Part shown: piece after piece, positions 61,910-64,000 of the stretch | Layout of the letters: every line of letters starts with the position of its first letter | Numbering within the stretch: position 1 is the first letter of the stretch | DNA from: Yuukianura sp. NJ FZ-2021 | Taxonomy: Eukaryota | Reading direction: 5' to 3' | NCBI GenBank assembly: GCA_046563655.1 | Contig: CM102287.1 | Coordinates: 5,270,001-5,334,000, forward strand | DNA length: 64,000 nucleotides | Made by a program: the position numbers and the translations under genes | Notes under the pieces: generated by a model | The model's input: the letters and a program-made list of their open reading frames with translations, nothing else | Database searches by the model: none | Told to the model about the DNA's origin: nothing

Positions 61910-62813
61910 TAAGCTAGCTAAATTCTAAACGCTAAATAGTTGACCGATTACCAAAATAGCACCAAACAAACGATTAATTCTGCAGTTTGTTCACTGCTTG
62001 CATCACTTTCAATTTTTTGTCGAGGTGGTAACGCTGATAGTGAGATTATGTAAACTAGTGCTCGTGGACCACGCGTTTGACCTTGCACGTTCTAAACTAA
62101 AACTGGACACGCTTACTCTCAAATGTTTAATATTATCCTGTATACCACTTGGCAAAAGTGAAGGTTAAGAGCATATAGGCTCAGAGTGTCAATTTGAACT
62201 AAATCCTATAATACACAAAGTCTCTACTGATGCTTTCTATTCTGGGCTATGTGTTACTATACTGTTGTTGTACTCAATTCTTTTGTTAAACTTTTCACAA
62301 CTGAAACTAGATGAATCCTGTGGGAGTGGGAAGTGATCAATTTGATAACTGGTAATTGGACGTATTTTAATTACTAAATTTTATTATACCAGATCTGTGA
62401 CTGACAATTACATAGGTTCTAAGCTTTTTAAAGGAGAAACTGGTTTTAATTCTCGAAACTCATTGAAAAGTCAAAAAATATCGTTTAATTTTCATCCATA
62501 CTCATAAGAAAATGACGCCGTGTTTGAAATCTCCCGCCGTTTCAAAAAATATACAAATCGATTAGATGCGTTGGAACGAAACAGCGAGAAGAAAATTAAA
62601 TTTATAATCGACGTTTAGGTTTTGATTCTCTTTATGAAAGAAACTGAAATGAATTCTCCAAAAAGTTAAAAAAAAAATTTCACAAGATATTTTTTTTGAA
62701 TTTTAGGAAAGTGAAATTTTGAATTTGATGTTTTATTTGCCAACTAAATATTGCAGTTCTCTGATCAGTTTAGATTTGTAAGAGTAAAAGTAAATTCAAA
62801 GTAAAAGTAAAGC

Positions 62814-64000
62814 CTAATTCTGGAGCTCCTTCATAAAAACGTTATGCAGAATGACTTTCTTCCTTCGTTTGCTGTAAGTGTTGTCAAATGTCACTGCGTA
62901 TGTTCCCACTCTGTCGCAGACCATTGACCCCTCCTTCTGCGTCACATGAGCGTCAATTCTGTGATTGTCCACAAGAGCCTCTGACCTTGACCCAAACTCA
63001 TCTTTAAACGTCACTTGAAATCCAATGTCATAGCCCTCTGATTTGATTCTCCACATGAGCAACAATGTTGACTCTTCATCTAACTGTGATTTAGACACAG
63101 GAAATTCAAGTTCAATTTTAGATCCTGCTGGAACTTCTGTTCTCGTAAAATTTGACTCTGGAGTGTCGAAACTTCCTTTTCGACTATTGGATCTTTTGAG
63201 GTCAAGAGTTCCACTGACGTCAAAAATTGAGTTTCGACCTTGGGACATGTCGGCTTTGAAGTAGTTCTTGGGCAATGGTCCATCGTTCCAAATGCTTGCA
63301 TTTGAGCAGTACTCATCACTTCCTGGAAGAGTTCCACCGTAAAACGGTGGTAGCAGTTCAGATGGAACTTTTTCTAAAAGTGCTCTTTGCCATTTGGCTG
63401 GATTTGGACCAAAAAATTCCATTTTGCCAATCGTGCGAGGAGACAGGAAAGGACGCAGAAGTGCAAAAAATATTGGGAAAATCCTTGGCGTGTTGATGAA
63501 AAAGCAGTGTTTCAAAATTTCAGGATAATTGGCTTCAAAAATTCTGAAAAATTCTATTGCTCCTTGACACACTGTGCGACTGTTCAGTTGTCTGTAAGAA
63601 AACTGTTGACAATCAAAAATAACCAAAACTTGATTCACCGGTTTGTTCAAACGTTTTGAAGATTTTTTAATTTCATCTTCCAGCATCACGAGCAACTTAA
63701 TTGCAGCTCGAACTCCAGGAATCAAATCGCCAATTTCAATTACTTCACGCATGTCCCAAACTCCCATGGGACAAATGAATACTAAAAAACGCAACACCAA
63801 AATTTTCAAAATCATTTTAAAAAAAAAATGTTTTTCGAAGCTTACTTGGAGATCCTTCTGAATCTGATCCCAAATGAGCATATCGAAAGTAGTTGTGAAC
63901 TGGTTTCCAATCAAGCAGTGTATGCAATTCGTTTCGGATGGTCCATGCCATTGACCTGCGCAACATTAGCTCTGCTTTGTCCAAATCAAATTCCCGGGCG
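62814..64000 (-). CDS. SEC14-like lipid-binding protein (CRAL-TRIO + GOLD), 5' part outside the window
   Basis: FEANYPEILK, INTPRIF, LLPPFYGG. GOLD motifs YDIGF and FDNTYS. Confidence 0.9.

Noticed and set aside
1..64000. tRNA, rRNA or other structured ncRNA genes
   Set aside because: None recognised by eye. A covariance-model scan was not possible, so small ncRNAs cannot be excluded.

Overview
Gene-dense, AT-rich eukaryotic DNA with short GT-AG introns. The gene set looks like a non-insect hexapod such as a springtail, but that is inference only. From left to right the window holds a Gly-rich repeat protein missed by the ORF track, a SMYD4-like methyltransferase, and a tandem array of six GT31 beta-1,3-glycosyltransferases plus a pseudogene fragment. 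Next come an intronless divergent ionotropic receptor, several secreted and Cys-rich proteins, a GR/OR-like chemoreceptor, an arylamine N-acetyltransferase, a 4xFAS1 periostin-like gene and a divergent cystathionine gamma-lyase. The right third holds an SLC9C voltage/cNMP-type Na+/H+ exchanger, NDUFB7, a MITD1-like PLD-fold gene, ACSF2 and a partial SEC14-GOLD gene. Four non-autonomous transposons have resolvable ends; one is a 995-bp foldback inserted in the last coding exon of NDUFB7. The most striking locus is an intronless ~1230-aa gene (52737-56426, minus strand). It fuses MJ1316, EEP phosphoesterase, 2H phosphoesterase and poly(A)-polymerase-type nucleotidyltransferase domains with a C-terminal membrane anchor, which suggests a single-chain RNA 3'-end healing and tailing enzyme, possibly horizontally acquired. 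All calls come from reading motifs by eye; no searches were run, and exon boundaries are manual.
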